Shown here one piece after another: positions 1-11,700 of a DNA stretch of 64,000 nt. The position numbers and the translations under genes are program-made. Position 1 is the stretch's first letter. Each line of letters opens with the position of its first letter. The notes beneath the pieces were generated by a model. The model was not told the DNA's origin. It worked only from the letters and a program-made list of their open reading frames with translations, and did no database searches. Origin of the DNA: Hydrolagus affinis (Eukaryota); contig JAAILG010001027.1 in NCBI GenBank assembly GCA_012026655.1, forward strand, positions 1-64,000, in the 5' to 3' direction.

Positions 1-56
1 GGGGGAGAGAAAGAGAGAAAAAAACAAATGTTTTCAAGATTGCGGTTTGTACTTAG
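1..56 (-). other. Intron 3' end (branch point and polypyrimidine tract) of a minus-strand transcript; exon probably just left of the window
   Basis: Minus strand reads GGCTAAG...CATTTGTTTTTTTCTCTCTTTCTCTCCCCC up to the window edge. The AG itself is not visible. Confidence 0.5.
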
Positions 57-2458
57 CCACAGAAGTGTCTTTTTCTCTTTGAAGATTTGATACCAAAATG
101 CGGCCTTTTATTATGAGGTTTCAATAAAAAGACTGGAATCAAATAGCTCTGTTCAAACAATGCAAATCTGTGTCCGGTTATGGAGTGCATCTCCATCAAC
201 AAGCAGATAGTAGGGACTGGCCGAAGATTGCTTTAACAGCCGGTAAAATTTCATCTTCTGGTGTCAAATTGGGGTCAACTTCGGGTTAGAGCTATCAGTG
301 TTCAGTCTGAGTAGTCCAGCTGTGTTGAGATTCATTAAGAGTTCAGTATCTGTTTCAAGAAAAACACTACTAAGACAATCAGAGGGCTGAGGATCCCGTT
401 GTTGTCGGAACTACAAGTGCACACAACGAAATGGTAAATGTATCAAAACTTCCTTAAATTCACTAGCAAAACGGCCAGCGACGAGCCTCGCCCTCTTCAA
501 TATGTGTGCTATTTCCAACAGTGGAGGTACTTTTAAAAAAAAATATATACATATATATGTGAAGCGCTGTGGCTACATCCTAATTCACTAATACAGAATC
601 TTTTGTTAGAAGATATGCTCATGTTTACGATACTTTAATCGTGCGTTGATTCAAGTATTTAACAATCTTAACAGCTTTTAAATATTATTTAATGTTCTCT
701 CGCCATAAAGAAAAGCCAATACAACTAACTTTTGACATCAGTTTTTTTCGGTTTAAACTTTTGGTAACGAGTGCAGACAATGTATAAATTAAATAGCTTT
801 TTTTTTCGCAATAATGTTTATAGTCAAAACGAAGATGAAATTAGTAAACACCTGAAACTTAAGTGAAAACTTAAGGTATAATGAACACAAATGTAAAAAG
901 ATTAAATGTTAAAAGACGTTTTAAAATAAAGATAATTAGAACTTACTACGGAGTGATGGAGAAAGACAACATACGGTACGAATGCATAACATGGGAGATA
1001 ATAAATGCCATTGTAACAATTTTGAAACAATCGCAACCGTATTTTAACAACCGAGTTTGAATTCCCCGAGGCGAAAATATATTTGTTTAATTTTGTTTTT
1101 TTTTGTATTCTCAGTTTGTTTGTATATTTATTTCTGCTTCTTCGGTTTACGTAAATGGTTCACAAACAGTGGTATTAAAAGTTTATCAGCCCACTTTTAG
1201 TTTTGTGATTTTGAGATACGATGTGCTTTTTTTTAAACCGAATAATGACTTAGTTTAGTATCTATTTTGCCAACGGTTCGTTTTTTCTATATCAGAATTT
1301 AATTATCTTAAATTTTCGATTTACATATTGTACACTTATTTTCACAGAACCCTCCCTTCACTTCCCCCCAAAAGGGGGAAAATAGTTGAAGCCGATTTAT
1401 GTTGAACTTTTCCTGACCCCTGTATAAATACAGCCTGGAGGTAGTCTTTGCTGGCGACGTCGTATTTAACATAGTTACCTGTAAATCCTTCCATACACTG
1501 TTATCAAACGTATCCGAATACCTATATATTCCACCACAATCTCGCTCTAATATATAAAAGAAAGAAGCCACGCGAACTTTCTGCAGATGTTCTGCCTGGT
1601 CCGAGAGAAGTTAATTTGAAAGCATCTCTTAGACAGCCCTTTAGCGCTATCTGGCGGGGTTGGTTGTAGCAATCCAGTTGCTTATAAATATTGTATTTCT
1701 GAGGCATACCATCCAGAACTGTGTACCTATGCAAAGTTTATTTGCCAAATAGTCGAGGTCAGCAGTCAATTTTTAAACGAGCAGATTAAATTGTGGTAAC
1801 ATAATCTATTTCCAGCCCCTCAAAAACATCTTTTGATATTGCCGCGTCCAACATTATCAGGTTTTAAAGGAGATCGCGTCGATTTCATTATGGAAAGTAA
1901 AGTTTTGAAATGGACATATAGAATGTGTGTCCAGAATGGGGGAGTATAAGAACTTGGTCATTTCTGCGCAATCATTGTCTTCAAACAGGTTTAATCTCAC
2001 GAAATTAATAGATTTCCAGGTTAATATGTTTTGTTTAGGAGGTCAGACGTGGCTGGTTATCCGCTAAATTATCAGAAGCGATTGCTGGTGTTTATTTCCT
2101 TTTTAGCGCATTCTTAGAAGATCCCTAAAAAAATGATTTGGAGCGCCGCATGGTTAGATGCTTTTAAAGGAGATTATGGGCTAGGAATTCGGAGGTCACT
2201 GCCGATAACTTCTTAATCACTGCTGCTGTTGGTAAAAAAAATAGAAGACTGTGTATCGTCCAGAACAAGCATCTCCACACATGCGATTACATATATATAT
2301 ATAACAGTTTGAAGAAGCGTGATTAATAAGGATTAACCCGTTTTCGAACATACACTATGTTGCATTTTTTTTGTAGCTCGAACACCGTTCATAGCAAATT
2401 CATATTAATAAAGAAAACCATTTTGTCCCCTTGTGTGAATTCTTTTATATCCACCCCA

Positions 2459-2490
2459 CGCTTACCTACACGAGAGAAAAGCAAGATGAC
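2459..2490 (-). other. Juxtaposed 3'/5' splice site (recursive-splice-like)
   Basis: Minus strand TCTTGCTTTTCTCTCGTGTAG|GTAAGC; AG at 2467-2466, GT at 2465-2464. Confidence 0.55.
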
Positions 2491-3039
2491 GATTTTTGAA
2501 AAATGTAATTACATTAACCAGAATAAAGTAAACAGAAAATCAAAATTGTGGATCGAGGTAGTTATTTTAGATGTTAATAGACTATGCTTCTGTGCTTCTT
2601 AAACACCAGCTCATCTTGTTTATAAGTAGTGGAATCATTTAATGAGTGTCATTAAAACGTGTTTCCATTGCAATTATCCCAGGATTAGAACCACCAAACC
2701 AGGTTAATTTGAAAAGGCAATTAGTGCGCAGTGTAACAAAGCAATGGGCAAATCTTTATAGACTTTTTTGTTATAATAGTCCAGTAATAAATTCCAGTCT
2801 TTCGATATTTTGTGGATATAACCTTTTATTTAATCCCATCCAAAAAGAACACTAATTTACTACAATACAATGGTCACATTGACATATTAGTATAGTCGTT
2901 TTGTGATTCCTTTCTGTTATTGTACTTATCAGTGTACCGTGCATTATTTTTCAATAAAGTTTTTTTTTACGCGATTTTTTAGGCTAGATGGGTTGACATA
3001 ATGAAATGCAACTTTGTTGCCCCCAAAAAATTGTAACCC

Positions 3040-3630
3040 ACATTGGGTGCGTGCTGAACGCAGTTACTCTTGGCTGTTTTGTTAAAGCAAGAAGCAATCT
3101 CTGATTGTCTCCCGCTTTCTCTCTCCCCTTTCTGTGTGGAGACTCCCCTGAAGAGGCGGGATGTTAAAGATGCAGCTTTTCGCGATTTTATTCACAGTAG
3201 CGAATAATTAGTCTCTCGCTTCACACACTCAACCGTGCAGATAATGCTTGGGAGAGGGGAAAAAAACGATTAAAAAAAAAGCCGTGCTGATGTTGTGCAT
3301 ATATATCTGTGAGAGAGAGTTGGAGATGGAGCATTTTAGGAGAATGATTGTTGGCTAACATTCCTTGCACTCCTTCCATTATTCTGGGCCAGGCAGCTTG
3401 TTCATGGCTCATTTTGGATTATGTTGCATTTATACTGTTAGGCGAACTCACAAGGATGGCCAGTGTTGGGATTGCTTGATCTTTCCAAGCACCGATGAAA
3501 ATTAATTTTGCATTAATTATAATTATTCACTTGTTAACTCCCATTTAGCCGTTAATGTGACTTTGAGCAATTGAATATCACTTGACTAAAATATTACACA
3601 CAAAGCGTGGGAAATCATCCCCAAATGTCG
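3040..3630. promoter_or_regulatory. Candidate conserved non-coding element / enhancer
   Basis: High-complexity non-repeat sequence with a dense TAAT/ATTA cluster (3500-3555) and an RBPJ-type CGTGGGAA at ~3606. Conservation not tested. Confidence 0.45.
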
Positions 3631-3961
3631 AATTTCCCCCCCAAAATGGTAGATTTGGGTGAACTGAAAAGGCTGACATTTATCTATAAACTGCACAGCG
3701 TTGTGTTTTCATTTCCTTCATCGTTTTCATAAAGTTGGGAGGTGATTAAAGTAAATTTAATTAGACATGGTATTCAGAGTGCAGAATCAATCACTATTTT
3801 ACAATGATGCAGAAATACCTGATACCATTTGGAGAATTATCATTGGAGATTTCATTTTCATGTACATTTTGCATTCAGTGTTTTTAAAAAGAAATCTGTA
3901 TATTTGTGTGGTTACAAGTAAACTGTCTTTATAAAACAGATTTGTGTCCCCTTTTCTCTAG

Positions 3962-4263
3962 GTAATCTAAACCAGGAGAATAACTACCATTCCCAGGGTA
4001 TAAACGAAAGACATGGCAGCAAACGATAGGTCGGGAGCTCTTGTTCTACCTGGAAAACCCTCCCTTTAAAGGGGGAAATACAGTATTCCACTTTCCGACA
4101 GAGGAGGAAAAAACACAACACGAAAAGAAATCATTAAAAGGAATAATACGAAGGAATGCGCGGTTGTTGACTGAACCACAAGGCACTGTATGTATGAACT
4201 GTTGTGTTGTGAAGGTCAGGTCACGGGCGAGTTTTTCCCCTGCAGATCATTAGGTGTAATTGG
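3962..4263 (+). other. Candidate non-coding exon, plus strand
   Basis: Acceptor TCCCCTTTTCTCTAG ends at 3961; donor TGG|GTAAGT at 4264; no convincing ORF. Confidence 0.35.
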
Positions 4264-5569
4264 GTAAGTTTAAGTGGAGTTCGGATGCTGTACTTAAGTT
4301 AATAGCAATGACCTTCTTGCGACTGTCCTGTCCAACGCTATTCATCTTAGCCAAGCGGGTTTGAAAACGATCCGCCCCACCCCACCTCAGCCTTTCACAG
4401 ACACGAACCCATCAGTAATGATCTTCCGGAAAATCCCATCACCTTTTTTTTTGTTTGCTCTTTAATATTACATAAGCAAAACACAGATAACATTTAATCT
4501 GTAACCTCAGTGAGGATCAATTCGAACAAACCGATCCATGAACGGTAACTGTATCGATTGATTCAATTGTCCAAAGTGTCGTCGTCGCCGTTCCCCCCCC
4601 CCCACCACCATCCCCCCGCCCCAAAAAACAGCAAGATGCATCATTCAGTACTTCATGTACAGCATACAATGCAGGATAAAATATCGAAATAAATTTTAGA
4701 AATCATTAAGTCAAATGCTTGATATTCTAATTTTGTTGGTCCTCCCCCCCCCCCACCCCTTTGAGATATTTTGATCGATGGACATTTTTCAATTACAGAT
4801 CGACATTTAATATTGATTTAATTATTGAATGAATAAAAAAAAACTGCGCTAGTCAATCTCTAGGTATGTTCGACCATTCACCCAAACTTCTGTTGCTTTC
4901 CCTGATTTTCCTTTAGTTCAACAAACTGAAAATGCGCACGAACCGAATGAAATCAACGCTACAACAAGCCTCGCAACACTGAAAATGTTAGTTGCTTAAC
5001 AACATCTACCAGTTTAATCATGTACAGTAAGTAATTCGTTGGTAGATTCCCACCCCACACACACCCCCCACCCCCAATGGCTGTTCTCTACAAACTTTGT
5101 TACGTTCCCTTGACATTTATGCAACTTTGCAAGTGTGTTAAGGCGCCGCGGTTTGTGAAAAAAAACAGAGACATCAACTGCTCTTCAGTTCTGCGTAGGT
5201 ACCAACGATTAAAGGAAGAATGCGCTGCATCCGCCGCGATAGAAGTTTCGTTAGACGAATACAAATTCTAGAGAAACATTATTGCCCATTCGGCTTGAGT
5301 GCGCTTGATATGTAACAAAAAATCGCTATTTTTCCAATTTATTCTCCAATTAAACAGTCGGACACGAGTAACAATGTTTACAAATGGAACAAGAAATTTC
5401 GATGAACACCCCCCGCCCCCCCCCCACCACACACACAGCCATGACAGCTAATAACAAAACAAGAGACTATGCTTATTGTAAGTGTATGAGAATTATATTG
5501 GTTTGTGTTAATTAAAGCGGAAAAAAAAAACCCAGAGAGTTTGTGGCAAATTGTATTATTTTTTGACGA

Positions 5570-5800
5570 GGTGTGCCCCCTGCCAGTCAAGTCGCCTTCT
5601 CGTGAACCTGATGTGATAAACCATTCCTGAACCTTGTTTCACGAGTGCGAGTCCAGCTGCTGGTTGAATGAGTTGAATGAGATGTGTGTGTGTGTATTAC
5701 AGTGTGGGCTGCACAGCACCAAGGTGCAATAGACTAAATAGCCTGTCCTGTCTTATTACAAACACACGCCCTTTGCGTTTCGATCTTCTTTCATCCACCG
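5570..5800. promoter_or_regulatory. Candidate conserved regulatory element with CTCF-like motif
   Basis: Minus strand CTGGCAGGGGGCAC (5573-5586) resembles the CTCF core; 8-bp inverted repeat at 5599/5638; tandem GTTGAATGA at 5663-5680. Confidence 0.45.
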
Positions 5801-6447
5801 TGGTGTAATATTTTAATGCTCCTTATCTAATCCCTTATTATTTCCAACTAAACAACTGGCAATGGATTGCAGTAAGTTTTACCCCCCGTTTTTCTATCGG
5901 TATAAAATTAGTGAATACATTATCGCGTGTGCACACACACACCCTAACAGTTATGATAAATTGACAGAGGATAAGCGTTTCCTGGTTAAATAAAGTAGAC
6001 TAATATTCGCATGGGGGTTTCAATAAGTAGCAAGTGGTTTCCCCCCCCCCACCCCCACCACCAAATATTACTGGTCGTTTAGCGCATCTGACAAGGCATT
6101 CGAAATAGGATCAGATGAATTAACAATTAAACACAGGGAAGGAGCAGGATTGTGTGATCCTCCAGAGAGACTCCGAAACTAAATTCGTCAATTCTTAGTG
6201 AATGAAGTGAGCACATCCACCGCCAGCCACTGCAAAAAGGGCGAGCCTTCACTTCCACTGAAGTGTGACAATGGCATTTATTTGCACCCAGTACTTTTAA
6301 ACCTAATATATCGGGAGCACTTTATTATCACCACATCTTGTCTAGAGAACCTGTGTGTACTTATTCCTCCGACCAGTTTCAGTCTGATCGGGTTTTATGT
6401 TCTCAATCCACAAATGATGTTCTTAATCACAATTAGTGTATTATCGG

Positions 6448-6467
6448 GTGTGTGTGTGTGTGTGTGT
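6448..6467. repeat. (GT)n microsatellite
   Basis: Read directly from sequence. Confidence 0.95.
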
Positions 6468-6624
6468 ATGTGGTGAGGGGTTAAGTGATGGTACCTTACA
6501 CTGTCCACTTACTGCGGTCGTATTTCCCCCAAAAAATATTTCAGTAAAACAAATGTATTTTCTCACTTATTGTAGCGACCAAGAAAAAAACAAATACGAT
6601 TTTTAAAATAATAAAATAAAATAA

Positions 6625-6646
6625 AGTGTGTGTGTGTGTGTGTGTG
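6625..6646. repeat. (GT)n microsatellite
   Basis: Read directly from sequence. Confidence 0.95.
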
Positions 6647-6739
6647 GTGGGTGGAATCCAAGCGAATCGGTATTTCTGTTAATAAACACCTGGGGTGAAA
6701 TGTGACCAGATTAATGAGCTGAGCAGAGGGAAGTGAGTG

Positions 6740-7230
6740 AGATGCACGTGTACCGAGTGCCCCGCCCGGGAGTCACCACGAGGCGCCGGGGGGGTCTCGG
6801 GGGATTCCCGGGGAGGGCGGGGGAGTGGAGGTGTGGGGGGGGGGAAGCAGTCGCCGTCTCCGTCTCCCCGGGGAGCGGCGAGGAGGCTCTGGGTGACCCA
6901 GACCAACCGGCCCCGGTGACAGGGCGAGTGCGAGTGGTTTTTATATACAGTATATATATATATTAAAAATATATATAACGCCCATCTCTTAAGTTCACGC
7001 ACCGCCCGCCCCGAGCAGGTAATAGTGTATTTTTGTTGTTGTTGTTGGGGGGGGGGCGGGGGCGGGGCAAGTTTACCTGCAAAGCAAACAACGCACACAC
7101 ACTTTGCAGACAGAGTCGCCCCGATGTGTGGCTGGGAAATGCACGTTGATTTAATGCCCCGTGTCTGTGCAGTGGTGTGAATGTGTGTGTGCGAGTGGTC
7201 CCTGGTTATAGGCACCAACACAGCACAGCA
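6740..7230. promoter_or_regulatory. GC-rich core promoter region, possibly bidirectional
   Basis: Several GGGCGG boxes and G-runs; TA-rich block at 6940-6978; plus-strand donor CAG|GTAATA at 7019; minus-strand TATAA at ~7209-7205 and donor CAG|GTAAAC at 7076. Confidence 0.65.
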
Positions 7231-9620
7231 CCTGCATTTGTCCATAATTTTCTGACAGTGTTCTGGCTATCCCGTCCACTGACAGTCAGTTCCACCATCA
7301 CAGATGAAACGCTAACTTATTGATGACAGGTGTCTTGTGCTGCCTTTTTTGTGCGTCTTCGTTCCTCCTTTCTTCCCTGTTCTTTGTCCATGTAACTGTA
7401 TCTGTCTTTTGTCTGTGCATGTCTCTCTTTGTGCTGGTGGCTGTGTCCATATACCTGTCAGCTGTGTGGGAGTCTGTGTTTGTACGCCTCTATGTTTATG
7501 TCCTTATTGTGTCCTTCATGCGAACTCATTTATTTTATTATGCTCTATTTATACTGTGCTTTCCGTATCAATTGGATACAAACTGGCGCAGAAACAATGC
7601 TAAAAATGCAATATAAATCAGGTTTAAGGTCCACAATCTGACCGTTAATCACACTGGAGACAGCCGTTGAAACCACCTTGAGGAGCTGGTTTTGCCAGAA
7701 AAGTGCGGTATGAATGCAGGCGGTGAGAATCAATTTGGTGTCCACTCTGGAAATGTTCTCAAAAAAAAGTTTTAACGAGTAAATAATGCTGCAGACAGCT
7801 CTCTGGTGTATTGTACGGGCAATAAGGTCTGCATTTGCCAGCTAGAGCATAATGGTGAATGTGCAAGTGTAGCAACTCTACACACATTAAATCCAAATTA
7901 GGTTATTTTTCACAATGGACAATGAGAATTGTGCAATAAAATCGGGCTGGAATATAAAAGTACAATATCAGAAAAAGAGTTAGACTCTTTGTAATCTCAC
8001 AAGCATTGTTGTTGAAGTGTACATAGTAATTATTTTTGATTTAGAATTTTTATACACAGCCGAACACAATCAGTTAAATTAATATATTTCAACCAATCAA
8101 TCCACATGTTGTGATTTTTTTTAAAAAAGCTGGGTACCTGTGATATACAATACTTTTTGCTGTGTTGATTAGGAGGTCATCCATGAACATTCCCAGATTG
8201 GGTTTACCAGCAAGCATTATTCATATATTAAATCAAATGTACATTATCGTGAATTGGAATCTTTCTGGAAGCCTATGATCAAATGTTCCATTTAATTAAT
8301 ATATAATTTCACGGTACAATATTCAATACTGGCATATTCAAATATACAAGTCTGGCTCATTTGTAAGCGCCTTGAAATAAATATTAGAAGTAATCATTAT
8401 TTCACATTTAATAGCGAACTGAACACTCAATTGCCATCTCTGCTGTTAATAGAGTGAGTGAAGAAAATGTCAAGATTTTAGCAGTCTATTCTGACCAAGC
8501 TTGGACTTCAATTGGAAACAGCCCTGTCTCTGTTCACATAGGTTGTTCAGGTTTGTGATATGAGATTCCTACATATTGATGACTTACAGTAATATCTCTG
8601 TTGGTAAAATATTAGATGTGATTCAAACATGATTCAAAATAACGTTAAAAGTGACCCAATTTATGAATTTTATATCTTCCATTTGTTGACTATATAAAGA
8701 TTACAACATCTGTAGCCTGCAGTGACATGTGTTCATTGACAGCAATAAAATATCCATTGAAATTAACAAGTAAACATTTTCTATCTATAGATTAATATAC
8801 ATGTCATGAATATACATGTCATAATATAGTGCATTATATTATGATGACTAAAACACCAATCTCTCCAATTATTAGAAGATCTGACTAATGTTATATTTTG
8901 CATTTTGTGTTGTTGGGAAGATGGTTATAAACATATGTCATAAAGTGAGATTTGATTTAAAGTTTTGCACTCTTAGAGTAATATATTTCATACATTGGCT
9001 AATGCTGAATTATGGTGAATTTCAAAACTATTTATTTTCTTTAAATATAATGCAATCTCAATGCAGTGCAAGCAAATGTATGACATTTTAAAACCCATGA
9101 ATGATATTGTCACATTGATAGGTTTAGTACGAAGATTAACTAACAAATTAAACTTGAACTAAAGTACAATTTTTAAACAACATTTTTAGACAAATTAGTT
9201 TACACAAGAGAGGTCACACTATACATGCATATATTAAGAAATTCAGGACCCAAGGGATAAGAGCACAACACATATGTAAGAATACTCTGAAAACGGAAAG
9301 TAAGGACATAGGGTCATGTTGCAGCACATGGTTTTCATTTACTTTTCTTAATTGTGAAGAGGTTGTTGGTTTCCAGTTTTGAACAGAAAGAGATTGAGCA
9401 GGGAAGTGATGCATAAGCTTTCAGTGAGAAAGGTTTTTTGTAAAAAAAAATTAGCTTCTGCAATATTGCAAAGGTACCATATCTGTTTGATATAATACTC
9501 TAAACAATGATTTGTGGTTCATTGATGAGTAAAGTTTACTGAAGGATTCACTGCAATGAATTGTCACACCAGCAGTGGTGTTCAAGGGTGCGCTCCATTC
9601 CCTTCAGATTCGCCATCTGT

Positions 9621-9990
9621 GGAGTCCTGTAGCTTAATGGTTGGAGCACTTGCCTTGCAAGAAAGAGGACCTGGATTTGCTTCCCTGGAAGAGTGAAATG
9701 TTGGGCATGTTTCCTTACTCCACATGACTCTGTTTATCTAGCAGTAACTAGGAACCCGGTTGTTAGTCAATTGGCGCATTGCTTTTTTTGGGGTAAATAA
9801 TTCCTTAAAAACAAATTATACATTTAACAAAAAAGTGGTCACTTAAGTGGTCATGACTTTTTGTGGAACATTGCCACATTTCACCCACAAAACATACAGT
9901 CAATTCCCTTTGCAATATATTCTATGAAGCACTTTGAGATGTCTAGAAGAATGATGAGGGGTTACATCAAGTGCAAGGATTATTATTATT
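9621..9990 (+). mobile_element. Full-length tRNA-derived SINE with Deu-type 3' part and L2-type tail
   Basis: Head GGAGTCCTGTAGCTTAATGGTTGGAGCACTTGCCTTGCAAG, tail TGCAAGG(ATT)n; aligns by eye with the copies at 22625, 37141 and 54524. Confidence 0.9.
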
Positions 9991-11179
9991 ATCTCTAAAG
10001 TACTCTGAAGAAAACATTCATGATCTATGTAGATAAATGATACAGGTGGCAAGCAGTATAATTAGCCATTAGCTATTTGCACATCCAATGGTGCCATGTC
10101 AGTTTACATTTATTCACAAACATGACATGTAAATATTGAATTCTGATACGAGGTGTGTACTACACTGAGCCACAGGAACTTTGGTTTGACATGATCTATT
10201 TCTATGTACTGTACATTAGAGTAGAATTCCTTTGTAGAAGGGCTTTGCTTGAGGAATGCACAACTATCAGTAGCATTTGATATGCACAAATCCATGAACA
10301 TTGCTAAAAGAAGGTCTGTAGGCCATTCATGATATTTGTGGTTTGGTCTCATGCCTTGCGTTGGGAATGTTAAAGGGAGAACTCCTAATTTCAATAGCTC
10401 ATGTGCCCTCATATTTTTATGAGGTGGTACACAGAATAATCCTTAATGTAATTAAAGTCCGACATTCCTTTACCTGCCTAGGTTATAGTCTACAATGGTT
10501 TGATTTCTGATGCTGGAGGATTGCATTCCTTCTTTTCCCTCAGATTCTTTGGCTCACCTTCCTTCTCCTCAGATATGACGATAAGTTCTTTGAAGATACA
10601 GCTACAAGTGGATATTGAATATTATGCATCTGTTACAATATGCTGTATAAAATCATGCCAATCCAAAATTACCTGTGGTTGACATTTGTATGCAGTGAAC
10701 AATATGATATCACAAAATATTACAAATCATCTGCAATCCAAGGATGATGCTTGCTTCTCCCTCACATTGTTAAAATTAGTGTCACTCTCTATTCAGCATC
10801 TGTCATTTTTTCCTAGGTGGCACATTTCCACCCTCAGGCTTCCTTTGTAAATCTTTATAGGCTACCTTTAATAATGTTGCCCTGATAAGATAATTCAACT
10901 GTTTATATTGCACAGCATCCCTGGTAATGTGAACACTTCACTTTTTTTTTAAAAGTCATGTCGTATCCCTATTTCAGTACCTAAAGTTATTGTTTTGTGG
11001 CCAAACATTTGTCTAAAGATATAACTGTTCTTATATTTGTGAAACATTGCTTTGAAGGCTTATTTTTCCCCCACATTGCTTCTTGAGTGCCATGAACCAT
11101 GATCGTTAACAAAAGCCAAGTGGTTCATTTCCATTTGTTAAGGTGGAAATCATTTGCATGATTACTCAATTTTTTTTAA

Positions 11180-11700
11180 GGATGAATTTTTGTGCTCATC
11201 AGGGTGAAGGATGTCAATGATGGGGAATGGAACAATGTAACATTTTTGCACCCAGTGTCATCATCAATCACTCCCAGGTCAGTTAAGGCGCAGGCTAGAT
11301 GCAGGGTAAAGTTCATTGAATACTGCCCAGCAATTTTCGTAAACTCCAACATTAAAAGGAGCACCTCTATTGAACATTTCCATTTCCACTCCTGCCATCT
11401 CTCAGTCTCTCTGAGAGAGGTTACCAATTTAATGCTAATTTCGAGAAAATTTTTGCTCAAGGTACAATTCCTAAGAATTGAGTTGAAACTGCACAAATAC
11501 ATTTTGCATAGGGCCATTACCATTATATAGGAAACTTTCATGCCTTCAGTCTAGGCTGAATTAAAACTGCTCCTCGATGTGAAAGACATGATTCCAGCTC
11601 ACGGTTCATCCACTCTCCAGATTTGCACACTTTCGTCTAACTTGCCATTACTTACCATTGAATGACTTAATTTGCTTTCGATGATAAATTGCCATCAGGG
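11180..11700 (-). mobile_element. Degenerate CR1/L2-like LINE ORF2 remnant
   Basis: Minus-frame peptides 'RWQEWKWKC' and 'TDLGVIDD' resemble post-RT motifs (W..W...FN..KC, KDLGV.ID). Confidence 0.4.

Larger units (their letters stand above)
1..7800. promoter_or_regulatory. Extended CpG-retaining, transposon-free regulatory domain (CpG island / methylation-valley type)
   Basis: CpG is visibly frequent in 1-7.8 kb and scarce beyond ~8 kb; first recognisable repeat is at 9621. Regulatory role is inferred. Confidence 0.75.

Noticed and set aside
5712-5730. RE1/REST-like CAGCACC
   Set aside because: The right half-site GGACAG is missing.
6679-7245. Longest ORF (188 aa, poly-P/poly-Q)
   Set aside because: Produced by G-runs, (TTG)n and TA repeats in a GC-rich promoter; no recognisable domain.
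1-7800. Naming the host gene
   Set aside because: No coding exon in view and no UTR I could match with confidence.
8795-8826. 15-bp tandem duplication (similar short duplications at ~25015, ~24360, ~42270)
   Set aside because: Ordinary replication slippage; no sign of function.
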